NCBI RefSeq assembly: GCF_036365525.1
Contig: NW_027140485.1
Span: 930,001-994,000 of the forward strand
DNA: 64,000 bases
Direction: 5' to 3'
Source of the DNA: Heterodontus francisci
Taxonomy: Eukaryota
The notes beneath the pieces were generated by a model that ran no database searches, was not told where the DNA came from, and saw only the letters and a list, made by a program, of their open reading frames with translations. The position numbers and the translations under genes were made by a program. Shown here one piece after another: positions 61,381 through 64,000 of the stretch; positions within the stretch are counted from its first letter, which is position 1, and the number at the start of each line of letters is the position of its first letter.

Positions 61381-64000
61381 ATGAGAAGGTTCCACACAGG
61401 AGATTAGTAAACAAAATTAGAGCACATGGGATTGGGGGTAATATACAGGTATGGATTGAGAATTGGTTAATAGACAGAAAGCAGAGAGTAGGAATAAACA
61501 GGTCATTCTCAGGATGGCAGTCTGTGACTAGTGGGGTACCGCAAGGATCAGTGCCGGGTCACAATCTATATCAATGATTTGGATGTGGTGACCAATTGTA
61601 ATATTTCCAACTTTGCTGATGACACAAAACTAGGTGGGAATGTAAGTTGTGAGGAGGATGCAAGGAAGCTTCAAGGGGATTTAGACAGGCTAAGTGAATA
61701 GGCAAAAACATGGCAGCTGGAATATAATTTGAATGAGTGTGAAGTGATCCACTTTGGTAGAAAAAAACAGAAAGGCAGAGTATTTCTTAAATGGTGAGAG
61801 ATTGGGAAGTGTTGATGTCCAAAAGTGTCCTTGTTCATGAGTCACTAAAAGCTGGTATGCAGGTGCAACAAGCAATTAGGAAGGCAAATGGGATGTTGGC
61901 CTTCATTTCAAGGGGATTTGAGTACAGATTTGAAGTCTTGCTGCAATTGTATAGAGCCTTGGTGAGACCGCACCTGGAGTATTGTGTACAGTTTTGATCT
62001 CCTTATCTCAGGAAGGGTATACTTGCCATAGAGAGAGTGCAACAGAGGTTCACCAGACTAATCCCTGGAATGGTGGGATTGTTTTATGAGGAGAGATTGA
62101 GGAAACTGGGCCTGTATCCTCTAGAGTTTCGAAGAATGAAAGGTGATCTCATTGAAACTTACAAAATTCTTACAGGGTGTAACAGGGTAGATGTTGTTTC
62201 AGATGTGTATAGGATGTTTCCTCTGGCTGGTGAGTCTAGAACCAGGGGACACAGCCTCAGAATGAGGGGGAGGACATTTAAGAGTGAGATGAGGAGGAAT
62301 TTCTTCACTCAGAGGGTGGTGAATCTGTGGAATTCTCTACCTCAGAGGGCTGTGGAAGCTCAATCATTGAGTATGTTCAAGACAGGAATCAATAGATATC
62401 TGGATACTAATGACATCAAGGGATATGGGGATAGTGGGGGAAAATGGCTTCGAGTAGATGATCAACCATGATCTGTTTGAATGTCAGAGCAGGCTCGATG
62501 GGCTGAATGGCCTACTCCTGCTCCGATGTTCCTATATCCTAAAGGATCTATGATATATGTCCAAGTCAGCATGATGTGCAACCTGGAGAAAACCTTGGAG
62601 TTGATAGTATTCCTGTTATAATTCTGGTCGGAATGGTAAAGTCTGCAGAGTTAGAGGTGTTATAGTGCTTCCTATAGATGGTACTTACTGCAGTCACCTT
62701 GTGACAGTGTTGGAGGGGACTGGTATTGACTGCAATGGCTGGGGTACTGATAAAGAAGATGGCTCTGTGTCCACTCTCTCTTTCTCTATCATATGTATTC
62801 CTCTCTAAATTCCTCAGATGTCACACTGACATTTTTAAACAGTCCATGTAATGCAGGTGATAATTAGAGCTTGTTTGCTTCAGAATTGACTTTAAAACGT
62901 AAGAATTAGGAGCAGGAATTGGCCATTCAGCCCCTCAAGCCTCCTCCACCATTCAATAAGGTCATGGCTGATCTGATTGTGGCCTCAACTCCACTTTTCT
63001 GCCTGTTCTCCATAACCCTTGACTCCCTTGTAGCTCAAACCTCTGTCTAAATCAACCTTGAATATATTCAATGACCCAGCCTCCACTGCTCTCGGGGGAA
63101 TTTATGACCCTCTGAGAGAAGAAATTCCTCCTCATCTCCGTCTTAAATGGGAGATCCCTTATTCTAAAACTGTTCTAGATTCCCCCACGATGGGAAGCAT
63201 CCTTTCAACATCTACTCTGGAAAGGCCCCTTAGAATCTTATATGCTTCAATAAGATCACCTCTCATTCTTCTAAATTCCAATGAATATCAGCCCAACCTG
63301 CTCAACCTTTCCTCATTAGAAAACCCATTCATCCCAGGAATCAACCTAGTGAACTTTCTCCAAACTGCTTCCAATGCAAGTATATCTCTCCTTAAGTAAG
63401 GAGACCAAAACTGTACACAGTACTCAAAATATGTTCTCATCAATGCCCTGTACAGTTATAGCAAGACTTCCCTACTTTTATACTCCCACTCCTTGCAATA
63501 AAGGCCAACATTCCATTTGCCGTCCTAATTACTCACAGTACCTGCATGTTGATTTTTTTGTGATTCATGTACAAGGTCACCCAGATCCCTCAGGACCACA
63601 GCATTTGTTGTCTGCCTCCATTTAAATAATAACTTGTTTTCTATTCTTCCTACCAAAGTGGACAACCTCACATTTTGCAACATGATATTCCATCTGCCAA
63701 ATTTTTTCCCATTTACTGAAGCCTTTGCAGACTCTCTTTGTGTCCTCCTCACAACTTGCTTATCTTTGGAACTCAGAGAGAGAGAGACACTGTGAGGTTC
63801 TTGAGCAAATTGTCACAGGGAGTAACAAGGTATTGGAGGTTTTGGAAGGCTTAAGAGTAGACAAATCTCCAGGTCCGGATGATGTGTGTCCCAGGATGCT
63901 GTGGGAGGCGAGGGTGGAGATTGCAGGGGCTCTGACCCTAATTTTTAATTCCTCTCTGGCCACGGGGGAGGTGCCAGAGGACTGGAGAACAGCTAATGTG
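61381..64000. mobile_element. CR1 fragments (+ 61381-62540; - 62900-63760; + 63762-64000)
   Basis: RT/3'-end motifs in ORFs 61791..62471, antisense ORFs 63058..63752, and KSPGPDD..WRTANV at the window end. Confidence 0.85.

Overview
Eukaryotic DNA, almost certainly from an elasmobranch (shark/ray). This is inferred from HE1/V-SINE-like and Deu-domain SINEs and dense CR1, Penelope and RTE retroelements. Most of the window is nested transposon debris and minisatellite. The one clear host gene is on the + strand: a signal-peptide exon (44946-44994) followed by two intact Ig V-domain exons (51574-51903, 60865-61203). Each V exon has its J-like G-strand (GxGT) already joined in the germline, all junctions are phase 1 GT-AG, and no RSS was seen. 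This suggests a non-rearranging, antigen-receptor-like L-VJ-VJ-... gene whose 3' exons lie mostly or wholly beyond the window. The distal V is shortened in the CDR2 region and lacks V-V pairing residues, which recalls VNAR/NAR-TCR architecture. Other notable items: a 29-bp minisatellite with 12 perfect Ig octamers, ETS/RUNX composite sites, minimal hammerhead-ribozyme motifs in Penelope terminal repeats, a single-ORF LINE with a tRNA-like head plus its SINE derivative, minisatellites born inside TEs, and a segmental duplication with an abrupt identity step. All calls were made by eye, so TE boundaries are approximate (tens of bp).
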